DNA from: a virus
Lineage: Duplodnaviria > Caudoviricetes
Virus record (IMG/VR): IMGVR_UViG_3300034053_000029
Location: 96,001 to 160,000 of that record
Reading direction: 5' to 3' (one strand)
DNA: 64,000 nt
Positions 27,466 to 36,850 of the stretch are shown in pieces; position 1 is the first letter of the stretch; the number at the start of each line of letters is the position of its first letter. The notes beneath the pieces were generated by a model that was not told the DNA's origin, did no database searches, and saw only the letters and a program-made list of their open reading frames with translations. The translations under genes were made by a program, and so were the position numbers.

Positions 27466-28939
27466 GTTGAACCTCTACTAATTTATACTCAAAAGACTCG
27501 TTTGTATAAATTTGAAGTCTCTCGATAAAGTGATTGAAAGTATGATTTTTAGATTTTGTTGTGACTAACATATCCCCAATATCGTAAAGATCAACCTTGT
27601 GCTTTCCTTCTGCCTTTCGTAGTCCTCTACCCAAAGATTGGAGAACTCTGATTACGGACTTTGTTGGAGAAGAGAATATTATGTTATGCAATTTCTTTAG
27701 ATTCGTTCCGGTTCCCATTGTTCCAAAACTAGCCAAAATTATACAATCAGTCTCTTTCTCCATAATCTCTCTAACCGTTTCTCGATCTTCAGCATCCACC
27801 CCACCGTGGATGTAGAACACCTTCCTATCTCCTGCCTTTTCCTTAATCATTTCGTATAATATGTCACCATGTTTCTCAACGTAATTATATAGGATTAAAG
27901 TGTTGCCTGTCAACGATAAAGCAAGATTTCTGATAAATTTATTTCTTTTATTATGCGAGATCAAAAATGCAATTTCTTTTGCATATTGAGACTTCTTCAT
28001 GATCTCATTTGTATCTTTGGAGTAATTGAGTTTTATTGCCTTGATATGAATATCGGATAGATGTCCTTTTTCTATCAAATCTTTTGTGCTAGATACACGA
28101 ACGATCTTTCCAAACAAAGATTGAATCATTAGTTCATGTACCTTACTATCATCTAGTGATCCAGTTAGTCCGAATCTCATATCAGCATTCACACAGTTCT
28201 CAAGGATCGATCTAAGAACCGTTGCCTTACTTCCATGAACCTCATCAACGATGACACACGAGAACCTCTGAAACCACTCAGGATCGACGTTCATCAGTGA
28301 TTGCCAAGTCGATATCACTAAAGGTTTTGTGGAGGTCTTAGCGGCTCCAGAATGGATTTTGTGGGTGATCTTGTCTAGATTGAACGTAGTGTTTGATGCA
28401 TAGTCGATAAAGTCGCTCGACATTTGCTCGACCAATGATGTTGATGGGCAAATCAGTAAGACTGGTTTATTCCTAGAAAGTGCGTACATAACTAGAGTGT
28501 ATATGATCAACGACTTTCCACTTCCAGTTGAGCTTAGAATAACTCTTCTTTGATTCTTGATTCCCTCAATTGCGGCAGCATATTGGTAATCTTTTACCGT
28601 TAGCTTATTTCCATTGGAGTGTATATCTAACGAGTCAATAAACTTGATAATTTCGGCATCAGCTATATCTGTATTTGTTATTTTAGCTTCATACTCTAAC
28701 TCGTAATTATTATCAGCGCAAAACGTTTCGAGCTTATTCAGAATACCAATATGGAAAAGAGGTTTAATTGGATTAAATAAATGAATATATCCGGTCCAAC
28801 GTCCTTTCTTGAAAGATGGAGTGAACTGGTAATTTGGTACTCTAAATTTAAAATATTCATGAAGTTCATATCTAATGGACATATCACAATCCAATCGACA
28901 AAATACTTCATCATGATATTTGACAACAATCTTTTCCAC
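27455..28939 (-). CDS. uvsW: UvsW DNA/RNA-DNA helicase
   Basis: STGSGKS, VDEVH, GLTGSL, QSLGRGLR. Confidence 0.97.
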   Translation of the reverse strand: MEKIVVKYHDEVFCRLDCDMSIRYELHEYFKFRVPNYQFTPSFKKGRWTGYIHLFNPIKPLFHIGILNKLETFCADNNYELEYEAKITNTDIADAEIIKFIDSLDIHSNGNKLTVKDYQYAAAIEGIKNQRRVILSSTGSGKSLIIYTLVMYALSRNKPVLLICPSTSLVEQMSSDFIDYASNTTFNLDKITHKIHSGAAKTSTKPLVISTWQSLMNVDPEWFQRFSCVIVDEVHGSKATVLRSILENCVNADMRFGLTGSLDDSKVHELMIQSLFGKIVRVSSTKDLIEKGHLSDIHIKAIKLNYSKDTNEIMKKSQYAKEIAFLISHNKRNKFIRNLALSLTGNTLILYNYVEKHGDILYEMIKEKAGDRKVFYIHGGVDAEDRETVREIMEKETDCIILASFGTMGTGTNLKKLHNIIFSSPTKSVIRVLQSLGRGLRKAEGKHKVDLYDIGDMLVTTKSKNHTFNHFIERLQIYTNESFEYKLVEVQLEK

Positions 28940-29382
28940 TAACCACCCATTATCAATTTGTTATATTCAATTAAACTCTTTATAGAGTAATCACGTTGAT
29001 GAATCTGCTTCATAATATATTCAAGACCGATAACCAGAGACTTGTAGAAATCAACTTTTATTTTCTCGTCGCATAGGATAGGGTCGATTTCGGTTGTGTT
29101 CATAAACTCAGAATGAGATTGCTTGAGTCCTTGGTACTGATCCCATCCGTACTCTTGGAGTTGCGATAGTGTCATTTCTCCACGATAATATGACTTCCTA
29201 AGATTCTTCATCTTGTTATATTTAGCCTCTGTTTGGGAGAGCTTAGACTTAGCTTTCATCAACAATTCCAAATACTTAGAGTGAAGATGTGACGTTTTAA
29301 CCAACTCCTTGCCGAGAGCAGTATCGTCAATTGGACTGTCTTTTTTCCATTCTTCGAGGATGTCTTCAGGTGTAAATTTCAC
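28939..29382 (-). CDS. uvsY: Recombination mediator UvsY
   Basis: EEWKKDSPID...LHSKYL...YYRG; GTG start at 29382 after GGAG is preferred over the track start. Confidence 0.9.
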   Translation of the reverse strand: MKFTPEDILEEWKKDSPIDDTALGKELVKTSHLHSKYLELLMKAKSKLSQTEAKYNKMKNLRKSYYRGEMTLSQLQEYGWDQYQGLKQSHSEFMNTTEIDPILCDEKIKVDFYKSLVIGLEYIMKQIHQRDYSIKSLIEYNKLIMGG

Positions 29383-29408
29383 AAAATTCTCCATAAAATC
29401 AAAAACTA

Positions 29409-29437
29409 ATGATATCACGGAATGAATATTTAGTCAA
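29409..29437 (-). promoter_or_regulatory. Composite early (TTGACT-17-TGaTATCAT) and late (CTAAATA) promoter for uvsY
   Basis: Shares TTGACTAAATATT with 4494-4506. Confidence 0.7.
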
Positions 29438-29483
29438 CTGTTGTAAATTTACTACACAATTGAAAATAAATGGTTCTAGGGTA

Positions 29484-29513
29484 TTGACAAGGAGTAAAAT
29501 CCAATGGTACTAT
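29484..29513 (+). promoter_or_regulatory. Plus-strand sigma70-type promoter TTGACA-18-TACTAT (extended -10) with no downstream ORF
   Basis: Points into an AT-rich repeat tract. Confidence 0.55.
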
Positions 29514-29618
29514 ATATTTTCTCTTATATTATCTCTAGTAGTTTTCTAGTAATATCTCTAGAAAAAATATAAATGTATTATCTCTTATATTACTTCTAGA
29601 GTATTTCTTATATAGCAA
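29514..29618. repeat. AT-rich tract with repeated TCTAG and two TCTCTTATATTA copies; candidate origin
   Basis: Longest clearly non-coding stretch in this part of the window. Confidence 0.55.
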
Positions 29619-30110
29619 TTACGGTGCCAGAATTTCATACCAATCAAAATTGAATGTGGCACTACAGGTCAGATAATTTACTTTGTCTTGGTTTGATCTA
29701 AATTGCATACCTGCTAATGATATTGGGAATGCATCAACAAATCTTACATATTTAACATCGTTGATAAACAATAATGCATCACCAACTTGATCTGCAATAT
29801 TTTGGGACTTAACTAATATATTCATCCAATTAAATATTTCAGTATGGTTTTTCATTCCTGCATCAACTAAGAAGTTAATTGAAAATGGTTTGAATATTAT
29901 CTTCTCTCCGACTTCTTGTAGGTCGAGTAATGGGTTTCTATATTGTGGAGTTTGAATATCTATCCCAGGAAAATCTACACCCTGTAAAAAGAACATCGTC
30001 ATAGGTATCTTTGCAAATTGCATCTTGAATGCGTGTTCTGGTAATCCATCAAATGATATTGGACTACCATCTATTGATAATAGATTACCTATTTCAGTGG
30101 TACATGTCAT
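29619..30110 (-). CDS. gp3: Tail tube terminator / tail completion protein (gp3)
   Basis: FFLQGVDFPGI, GEKIIFKPFSINFLVD..MKNH.EIFNWM, FVDAFPISL. Confidence 0.9.
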   Translation of the reverse strand: MTCTTEIGNLLSIDGSPISFDGLPEHAFKMQFAKIPMTMFFLQGVDFPGIDIQTPQYRNPLLDLQEVGEKIIFKPFSINFLVDAGMKNHTEIFNWMNILVKSQNIADQVGDALLFINDVKYVRFVDAFPISLAGMQFRSNQDKVNYLTCSATFNFDWYEILAP

Positions 30111-30466
30111 TTATCTTCACCTTCTTTTTTATCCTGTTTTGATTTTAAATAATTATTGAACATAAATGATCCACCTAAATAAGCTAACCATGCAGGGAAT
30201 AACATTGGTAAAATAGAATATGAAGTTTGAGTTTGAATAAGGAACACAATAGCCCAAGTTGATACGAATATTCCAATGAACTGACCAAATCTATTTAGTG
30301 ACAATTTTTTAGTACTTGAATCAAGCAACAAATCCGTAAGGTTTATTGGAGATTTCGTGTCATTATTATGAGCAATAATATACCAAAGAAATGCAATACC
30401 ACCTACAAGAAATAGGATGTTACTTAGTAGTGATGTGTTGCCCATAAGAGTAATAAACTCTGACAT
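30107..30466 (-). CDS. Multi-pass membrane protein, holin candidate
   Basis: Three hydrophobic segments; K-rich C-terminus. Confidence 0.6.
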   Translation of the reverse strand: MSEFITLMGNTSLLSNILFLVGGIAFLWYIIAHNNDTKSPINLTDLLLDSSTKKLSLNRFGQFIGIFVSTWAIVFLIQTQTSYSILPMLFPAWLAYLGGSFMFNNYLKSKQDKKEGEDK

Positions 30467-30504
30467 ATTAATCCTTAATACAAAAATTTAAAGGAACAAC
30501 TTGA

Positions 30505-31353
30505 TCATCGTGAGTACATTTTTGTTCTAGCCTTTGCGTATAGATTTTGTACTTCATGATCATACCCTGCGTCAACTAAAACATGATGGACTTCTCCTGT
30601 ATGTGGGTGAGTGATGTGTCCCATATTTGCAGATCGAATATCACCAGGATGGTGTCCAGTATCGTCTTGGTGAGCCATAAACTTATGGACTAGTGGATGA
30701 TCCTCTGCCTTGTCCATATCTTCATGACTAACACCATAATGGTTATAGTATTTACCATTTGATCTATCATGATGACGGAGTAATGTTGCGGTGAAATGTT
30801 TAAATGGTAATCCTTTTGGGTGGGATTCTGATTTTGTGGTATCTTTGAATTTCTTAGTAGAAAACTTTTCAGCTTTTACTGATGTGATATGCTCATGTTC
30901 ACCATGATGATCTATTGTTGGTGCAACCACTCCATTTGGATTTGTTGAGAATGATCCATCTTCATGTTTATGAAATAAACCATAGTGTCTTGCGGCATCA
31001 ACTTCTGCTCTATTCTGTTCAGAACCCAATGATTTTTTAATTCCAGTGTGTTTATCTAAAGCGAATCTTTTTGCAAATTTTGTTCCCACTGGAACGTGAG
31101 CAGACTTGCCATCTAAATTTATCTCATGAGTTCCTGCGTGTGGGTAATATACTCGTGACGATCCACTATGTTTTGTTCCATCAAGACCTGTTTCTTCACC
31201 ACGATTCTGTATGGCTTTTACTTTCTTACTAAATGATGCAACACCATCACTAGAGTATTTTCTATTCTTATCTAACTCTTGTTTAAGTTCTGGATGTAAT
31301 TCTTCAGATAGAATTGTAGATGTGAGGAAATCTGAAAAAGTGTGGAATGTCAT
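30505..31353 (-). CDS. Protein-kinase-like fold protein, His-rich, putative internal protein
   Basis: GSSRVY (Gly loop), TKFA (beta3 Lys), QNRAE (alphaC Glu), DIRSAN (catalytic D-x4-N), VLVDAG (Mg-binding). Confidence 0.8.
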   Translation of the reverse strand: MTFHTFSDFLTSTILSEELHPELKQELDKNRKYSSDGVASFSKKVKAIQNRGEETGLDGTKHSGSSRVYYPHAGTHEINLDGKSAHVPVGTKFAKRFALDKHTGIKKSLGSEQNRAEVDAARHYGLFHKHEDGSFSTNPNGVVAPTIDHHGEHEHITSVKAEKFSTKKFKDTTKSESHPKGLPFKHFTATLLRHHDRSNGKYYNHYGVSHEDMDKAEDHPLVHKFMAHQDDTGHHPGDIRSANMGHITHPHTGEVHHVLVDAGYDHEVQNLYAKARTKMYSR

Positions 31354-31383
31354 AATAAGGTATCCGAAATAATTTATATAGTA

Positions 31384-31391
31384 TATTTATG
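31384..31391 (-). promoter_or_regulatory. Late promoter CATAAATA
   Basis: 30 nt upstream of the kinase ATG. Confidence 0.7.
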
Positions 31392-32862
31392 TAATGACGT
31401 ATGACAGAGTTCCACAGTCCCAAACTTTATGATATCCATTCGATTTCATAATTTCAGTCTCTGATCGAATATCTCCTTCTTTTGTAATCTTGGCTTTCAT
31501 GAAATTGGCACGGTGCATTCGTTTTGGATTTCTCTCTGAGATATATCTATATCCTGGTGGGTTTGTCTTAATCAATTCAAATCCATTTTTGGAATATACA
31601 TCTCCGTGACTAATAGTTCTATCCGCATAGGACACTATTGATCCAGAATGTTCTTTCCTAAACCTTGATAGTAATCTAGAAAACCCACCAATAACCTTGG
31701 TGTTTATTTTGCATGCGAATCGAGATAATTCCCAATCAATGTTTTTGTTGTATCTAGATTTACAAAACGTCATAACTGCAACCAATTCGTCGTTGTATGT
31801 CAATCCATAATCGAATGATGATTTGTCGTTCCCTTGCAAGTGGTTATTATTTAAGAACGAACTTTTATCTGACTTAGAAATCGGAACTACTTTACACTTT
31901 CTCGCTTGAAGTGTTCTTGAGAATTTTCCCAACTTGGATGACACCACAGATTTTGTTATTTCTTTTTTCAGAACCCAGTTATCGCTGAAGATGTGAAATA
32001 ATTTATACCCACACTTACTTGCCTGTTGTGTCTTGTCAAGATGATATGATCTACCTTTACCTGCAATTTCTGAATGAGAATATACGCCGTTATATTCAAA
32101 ACAAATCTTCAGTTCATCACACACAATGTCAATCTCTTGACCTTTAAGGATTGATCGATTTGAGTGTGTGGTTGATACTCCAAGACTTTGAATGAACTCT
32201 TCAAGTTCGATCTCTTGTGCAGACCTTTTCTTTATTGATCTTTCATATTCATTTGGAGATTTTGATTCGATACCATGATCTTTCATCTGTAATGAAACTG
32301 TTGCTTTAGATGATCCAATCTCGTCTGCAATCTCTTGCATAGTCTTACCATCATTATACAATTGGGATAATAATTCTTTATTATTTAATTTCAATTGAAC
32401 CGAATATTCGGATTCATTAAAACGAACTTCTGGAAGTCCCATCTTAATACAAGCACGTTTTACTGCAATGTGAGATATACCTAAGAGACTGGCGATGTTA
32501 TCATATGATAAACGATCTTGAATTCTCTTTTCCTTGAGCCAGTCACCTTGTAATTTTTCCTTAACGTCATCCGACAAATGTCCATGTTTTCTAGAACACG
32601 ACGGCGAACAAAATGATTTAAATTCATCATGATAACTTACATTCGCACCACAACATTTACATTTAGGGAATGTGTGTTCTGTTATCCCATTAAGGATAGC
32701 CAAACACCTGATACGAAGCGATGGTTGAATTGTAAATGAGTCGAACCATTTAGTTGCATCCAATATTTTATTTTTATCTTCACTTAGAGATAACTTAATC
32801 ATTTTGGATTTGTCATTTACAGCTTCCGATAATAGTATCACATCGTCTGAATACATATACAT
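31387..32862 (-). CDS. Hef-like homing endonuclease (Zn ribbon, HTH, PD-(D/E)XK, C-terminal GNAT/Mom-like domain)
   Basis: CKCC..FCS..C; EIDIV.DELKICFEYNG.YSH; NHLQG, WELSRF, SYADR, DCG. Confidence 0.75.
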   Translation of the reverse strand: MYMYSDDVILLSEAVNDKSKMIKLSLSEDKNKILDATKWFDSFTIQPSLRIRCLAILNGITEHTFPKCKCCGANVSYHDEFKSFCSPSCSRKHGHLSDDVKEKLQGDWLKEKRIQDRLSYDNIASLLGISHIAVKRACIKMGLPEVRFNESEYSVQLKLNNKELLSQLYNDGKTMQEIADEIGSSKATVSLQMKDHGIESKSPNEYERSIKKRSAQEIELEEFIQSLGVSTTHSNRSILKGQEIDIVCDELKICFEYNGVYSHSEIAGKGRSYHLDKTQQASKCGYKLFHIFSDNWVLKKEITKSVVSSKLGKFSRTLQARKCKVVPISKSDKSSFLNNNHLQGNDKSSFDYGLTYNDELVAVMTFCKSRYNKNIDWELSRFACKINTKVIGGFSRLLSRFRKEHSGSIVSYADRTISHGDVYSKNGFELIKTNPPGYRYISERNPKRMHRANFMKAKITKEGDIRSETEIMKSNGYHKVWDCGTLSYVIT

Positions 32863-32884
32863 CCTATCTTGGGTTGGTATGATG

Positions 32885-32912
32885 TATTTATGATATCATG
32901 AAATTCACTATT
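32885..32912 (-). promoter_or_regulatory. Late promoter CATAAATA with upstream AATAGTGAA
   Basis: AATAGTGAA-N10-TCATAAATA. Confidence 0.7.
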
Positions 32913-32924
32913 ATTCGAGGTAAT

Positions 32925-32950
32925 AAAAAAGGGAGCCGAAGCTCCCTTTT
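32925..32950 (-). terminator. Rho-independent terminator after gp23
   Basis: GGGAGC-TTCG-GCTCCC followed by T6 on the minus strand. Confidence 0.92.
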
Positions 32951-32967
32951 CTTGATTCCTAACTTGA

Positions 32968-34278
32968 TTAGCTTAGGTTTGCGATCTTCATAATGCGGAA
33001 GTAGGTGTTGGTGTTATCAGCAAGTGTATCACTGATTGCACCAGTAGTACCAACCTTAGCCATTGGATGACCTGCAATTGCGTAACGAGTCTTGAACCCA
33101 ATCTTTGGTTGGAACGTGGTTGGATCAACAGCACGAAGCAACTGAAGTGGAACGTATGGGCAATAGAAAGCACCTGCATCAAATGGGCTAGTACCACGAT
33201 AACCAACTACACAGAACTGATTTGCATTGTCGCCATTTGACATGTATGGATCAACATACACTTTATACTTGCCATTCAAAGTACCTGCGAATGTGGTGCT
33301 TGTGTCATCAACATTAAGATTTGCTTGGATAGCAGTCTTATAGTCAAGAACACCTGCCATTGCTAGAGCAGAAGCTACGTCTGCAGAAACAATGATGAAG
33401 TTACCACGACCACGACGAGTTTGCTGACCGATTAGGTTAGCTTCACGCTCGATCTGGAACATCAAACCTTTGAAACGCTCAACTGACCAACGACCATTTG
33501 CATCAACGTCAAGGTCGAAAGTACCAGCAGTAGTACAGTTTTGTGCGCCAAGAACAGCAGCATTGTAAACGGTACGAACAACTTCACGATTGATTTCAGC
33601 AGTGATTTCTGAAGAGAGAATGTTGCTCAACTCAGCTTCTGCATCAAGACCATGAACTGCTTTAAGGTCTTGCTGAAGTTCGATGGTGTAACCTGCCTTC
33701 AATGCACGGGAACCGGCAGTAACAGTCATCTTCTCGATTGAGAAGCTCATCTCGGCTGGGTCTTTAATTTCAGCAGCACCTGCAGTAGTTGAACCAGATA
33801 CGAATGCAGACTTCACTGATGTCATGTGAGTGCCAGTATTATCACCTGCACGAACTGTAAATGGATTTGTTCCTGACTGAGTACCTGTACCAGAGTAATC
33901 GGTATCAGCTTCGTTGAACAATGCCTCTTCACGAGTCAATGGGCTATTTGTACCATCATCACCACCGTAACGGGTCTTCATTGCGAAGATAAGACCAGAT
34001 GGGCCTGACATTGGCTGAACACCAAGAATGTCATATGCCATAAGTTGTGGCATTGAACGACGAACTAGACCAATAAGAATTGGATCATAGTTAGCTACGT
34101 TACCTGCAAAGTTACCTGCCTCTTGAAGCATGGTACGCTCTTCACGAAGTGAACGCTCTTGATTCTCAAGCATTACGGAAAGGGTACGACGCTTGTGGAA
34201 GGTGTCGATCTTTGGAAGATCAGGATGATCAAGGACTGGTGTCCATTTTTCCAACAGTTGATTTTCATTTAATTGCAT
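32968..34278 (-). CDS. gp23: Major capsid protein (gp23)
   Basis: GVQPMSGPSGLIFAM, SRALKA.YT.EL.QDLKAVHGLDAE.EL, FYCPYVPL, PKIGFKTRY. Confidence 0.99.
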   Translation of the reverse strand: MQLNENQLLEKWTPVLDHPDLPKIDTFHKRRTLSVMLENQERSLREERTMLQEAGNFAGNVANYDPILIGLVRRSMPQLMAYDILGVQPMSGPSGLIFAMKTRYGGDDGTNSPLTREEALFNEADTDYSGTGTQSGTNPFTVRAGDNTGTHMTSVKSAFVSGSTTAGAAEIKDPAEMSFSIEKMTVTAGSRALKAGYTIELQQDLKAVHGLDAEAELSNILSSEITAEINREVVRTVYNAAVLGAQNCTTAGTFDLDVDANGRWSVERFKGLMFQIEREANLIGQQTRRGRGNFIIVSADVASALAMAGVLDYKTAIQANLNVDDTSTTFAGTLNGKYKVYVDPYMSNGDNANQFCVVGYRGTSPFDAGAFYCPYVPLQLLRAVDPTTFQPKIGFKTRYAIAGHPMAKVGTTGAISDTLADNTNTYFRIMKIANLS

Positions 34279-34311
34279 TTGTGTTACTCCTTTTTATTGA
34301 TATTGAATTGT

Positions 34312-35553
34312 TTACTTTGAAAACTTCAGAGGACCACCAAGGGCTTGAACATATTTCGAGATATTATCTTCAACTTCTTCTGTGATAACTTCTGTATAGG
34401 TAGTTGGCTTCAAATCTTGTGTTGCTGCCTCTTTACCATCCTTGAAATATGATTCCTTGATTGTCTTTACTTTTTGCTCAAATTCCTCATCGGAACTATA
34501 CTCTAGACCTTCGCATAAAGATACAAACTTATCCTTTTGCATCAACGTCATACCCTTAGCAACTGATTCGACAACTGCTTGTTTCTTTAGGTTGTCATTC
34601 TCTTCGCATAAACGATCATGATCGCCGTTAATAACTAGAATAGCTTCCTCTAGTTCAGCAATACGGTTAGCTTGTTCTTCAACGACATCTAGCTTGTCTT
34701 CTGGCACTTCAACGTAGTTCTCTTTGAAAAGAGTCTTCAATCCATCAATAAAATTAGTAACCATCTCTACTTTGATACCACTTTCTAATGCAATTTGATT
34801 ATCACCAACCCACTGCTCAACTGCGTAGTTGAGGAATCCATCAATATTTTCGATAAGATCATTTTGCACTTCTTCAACTGCTTCACTGAGGGATGCCTCA
34901 ATGCGTGTTGTTTCTTCTTCTAATTTAAGTTGATACTGCTCTTCAAGTTCAACCATCTTTTGCTCAACGATTTGATTGACAGCAGATTCAAAAATTGTTG
35001 CGGCCTTTGACTGGAACTCTTCTGAAAGTTCTTCGCCTTGGAAGAGAGCATTCATTGACTCACCAACGGTAATTTTGAAAGGCTTAGTTGGGAGAGACTG
35101 ATCATCAACGGCATTTACTTTATTGTCATCATTCTGTGATGCAGACTGACCCTTAACGCCTTCGCCGTCTTTGCGTGACTGACCAACTGTTAGCTTAGAA
35201 TTCTTTGGGTCTTTGCCGCCTGATCCTGATGGTGGTGCAGCCAATTTAGTTCCCATTGACTTATCTCCTTGACCTTGACCTTTTTTCAACATTTCGTTTG
35301 ATGCCTCTTCATTGACTTTCTTTGGATTCTGCTTTGAGAAGTCAGTAGTTTCGTCATCATCTTCTTTGTCCTCATCCTTGTCACCATCTTGATCATCTGT
35401 ATCTACATCTTGATCTTTGGTGTCATCGGATTTATCATCTTCCTTGTCTTCATCTTTATCGTCTTCGTCAGTAGTAATGACATTACCATTCTTTGTGGTA
35501 ATGGTTTCCTTACCTTCCATCAACTGTCTAATTCTTTCTTCTAACGTACTCAT
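34312..35553 (-). CDS. gp22: Prohead core scaffold (gp22) with long acidic N-terminal extension
   Basis: LSEEFQSKAATIFESAV, FLNYAVEQW, F..GLK.LF.ENY. Confidence 0.93.
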   Translation of the reverse strand: MSTLEERIRQLMEGKETITTKNGNVITTDEDDKDEDKEDDKSDDTKDQDVDTDDQDGDKDEDKEDDDETTDFSKQNPKKVNEEASNEMLKKGQGQGDKSMGTKLAAPPSGSGGKDPKNSKLTVGQSRKDGEGVKGQSASQNDDNKVNAVDDQSLPTKPFKITVGESMNALFQGEELSEEFQSKAATIFESAVNQIVEQKMVELEEQYQLKLEEETTRIEASLSEAVEEVQNDLIENIDGFLNYAVEQWVGDNQIALESGIKVEMVTNFIDGLKTLFKENYVEVPEDKLDVVEEQANRIAELEEAILVINGDHDRLCEENDNLKKQAVVESVAKGMTLMQKDKFVSLCEGLEYSSDEEFEQKVKTIKESYFKDGKEAATQDLKPTTYTEVITEEVEDNISKYVQALGGPLKFSK

Positions 35554-36125
35554 ATTGACTTTCTCCTATTTTGTGCCAATCTTCTTGCTTCACTCCAAGG
35601 TTTTCCTTTATGTGCCCAAGGAACTCCGCTTTCTGACCTTCTTCTAACACCAATTTTACAATTTTCTTTTTGGGATGCTGCTTGTTCTGAATTCATATAT
35701 TTTGTTATCTTTTCTACAAATTCTTTAGGTTTCGGTTTATCTTTATATTGCAGAGACTTTTTAATCTTTTGTTCTTCTGACCATACTCGACCAACTTGCC
35801 CTTTCTTTCCCCAAAAAGTATCTTTTGCAGTATCTGGATCAACAAAATTACCATTCATATTTAATTCATCATCAATATGTTCACGAATCATAAGTTGTTC
35901 ATACCAAAACACTACATCCTCATCACCATATTCCATCAATATTTTGTACTCATAATTATTTATATTAGATTTAATATCTTCTTTCAATTTTCCAGAAGTA
36001 AAATACTTAATAAACAAATCTTCTTCTGCAGACAATTTCAATCCAACATTAGCTTTTCTACTTCCAATATAATACTCATCAGTTACTTTGTTTTTGACCA
36101 TATACACATATGGTAAAATTTCCAT
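35550..36125 (-). CDS. GIY-YIG (Seg-like) homing endonuclease
   Basis: PYVYMVKNK..EYYIGSR...KYFTS. Confidence 0.85.
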   Translation of the reverse strand: MEILPYVYMVKNKVTDEYYIGSRKANVGLKLSAEEDLFIKYFTSGKLKEDIKSNINNYEYKILMEYGDEDVVFWYEQLMIREHIDDELNMNGNFVDPDTAKDTFWGKKGQVGRVWSEEQKIKKSLQYKDKPKPKEFVEKITKYMNSEQAASQKENCKIGVRRRSESGVPWAHKGKPWSEARRLAQNRRKSI

Positions 36126-36153
36126 TTGTGCAACTCCTTAATTGTATTGATAT

Positions 36154-36181
36154 TATTTATGAAAATTAAATTTTCACTATT
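36154..36181 (-). promoter_or_regulatory. Late promoter CATAAATA with upstream AATAGTGAA
   Basis: Same bipartite motif and spacing as 32885-32912. Confidence 0.7.
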
Positions 36182-36207
36182 TTTACTGCTCACGGTGTCC
36201 ATAAATT

Positions 36208-36849
36208 TTAACCTTTGAACGCTTCCATTAAGCGTTTAAATTCTTTTAATGCTTTACCTTCATCAATTTTCTTCTTAGCAACATCGACTGCTAACTGTTG
36301 AATAGTTCCGTCTGCAAGCATCTCATATTCGATATTTTCCATCATTGCCATCGGCATACAACCGTGCCCGGAAGGGTCTGACACAATATCTATTGCATTT
36401 AAGACGAAATCTGAACCAACAAATCGCTTACCATTTCTTTCTATCAATGACCCTAATCCACGAGTAGAAACCCCAAGTTGCACACCTTCTTCGATCAGTG
36501 CCTTTGCAATAGCTCCCATAGGAGTTGACTCGATAATTCTTGCTCTACCAAATACTCCATTCTTAGACTCATCAATTTTTAGTCTTTCGATAATATGAGA
36601 AACTCTTTCAAGGTTTACTGTTGGATTTGCTGGGTGTCCAAGTTCTGATAAAGCCCTCTTTTGTGAGATGTAATCTTCATCATATCTCTTCAGTGCAGGT
36701 GCCCATACAGTAGATTCGTATGTTCGTCCATTTTTAACTTCTTCATTTACACATGCAAATTTACCTTCAAGATATATTTTCTTTCCTGTGGCAGTATTCT
36801 CTGTCAATACCTCAACGTCTTGAATAGCTTGTTCAACTAGTAATTTCAT
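36208..36849 (-). CDS. gp21: Prohead protease (gp21)
   Basis: NGRTY, ELGHP, VSH, LGVSTRGLGSL, DIVSDPS; start MKLLVE at 36849. Confidence 0.96.
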   Translation of the reverse strand: MKLLVEQAIQDVEVLTENTATGKKIYLEGKFACVNEEVKNGRTYESTVWAPALKRYDEDYISQKRALSELGHPANPTVNLERVSHIIERLKIDESKNGVFGRARIIESTPMGAIAKALIEEGVQLGVSTRGLGSLIERNGKRFVGSDFVLNAIDIVSDPSGHGCMPMAMMENIEYEMLADGTIQQLAVDVAKKKIDEGKALKEFKRLMEAFKG

Positions 36850-36850
36850 G

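Noticed and set aside
29383-29418. Track start of uvsY at GTG 29418
   Set aside because: It falls inside the promoter; GTG 29382 has a GGAG RBS and matches the usual UvsY N-terminus
35330-35480. Asp/Lys/Glu low-complexity repeats in gp22, and the Gly/Met/Gln tail of gp20 (37591-37750)
   Set aside because: Ordinary disordered extensions of scaffold and portal proteins
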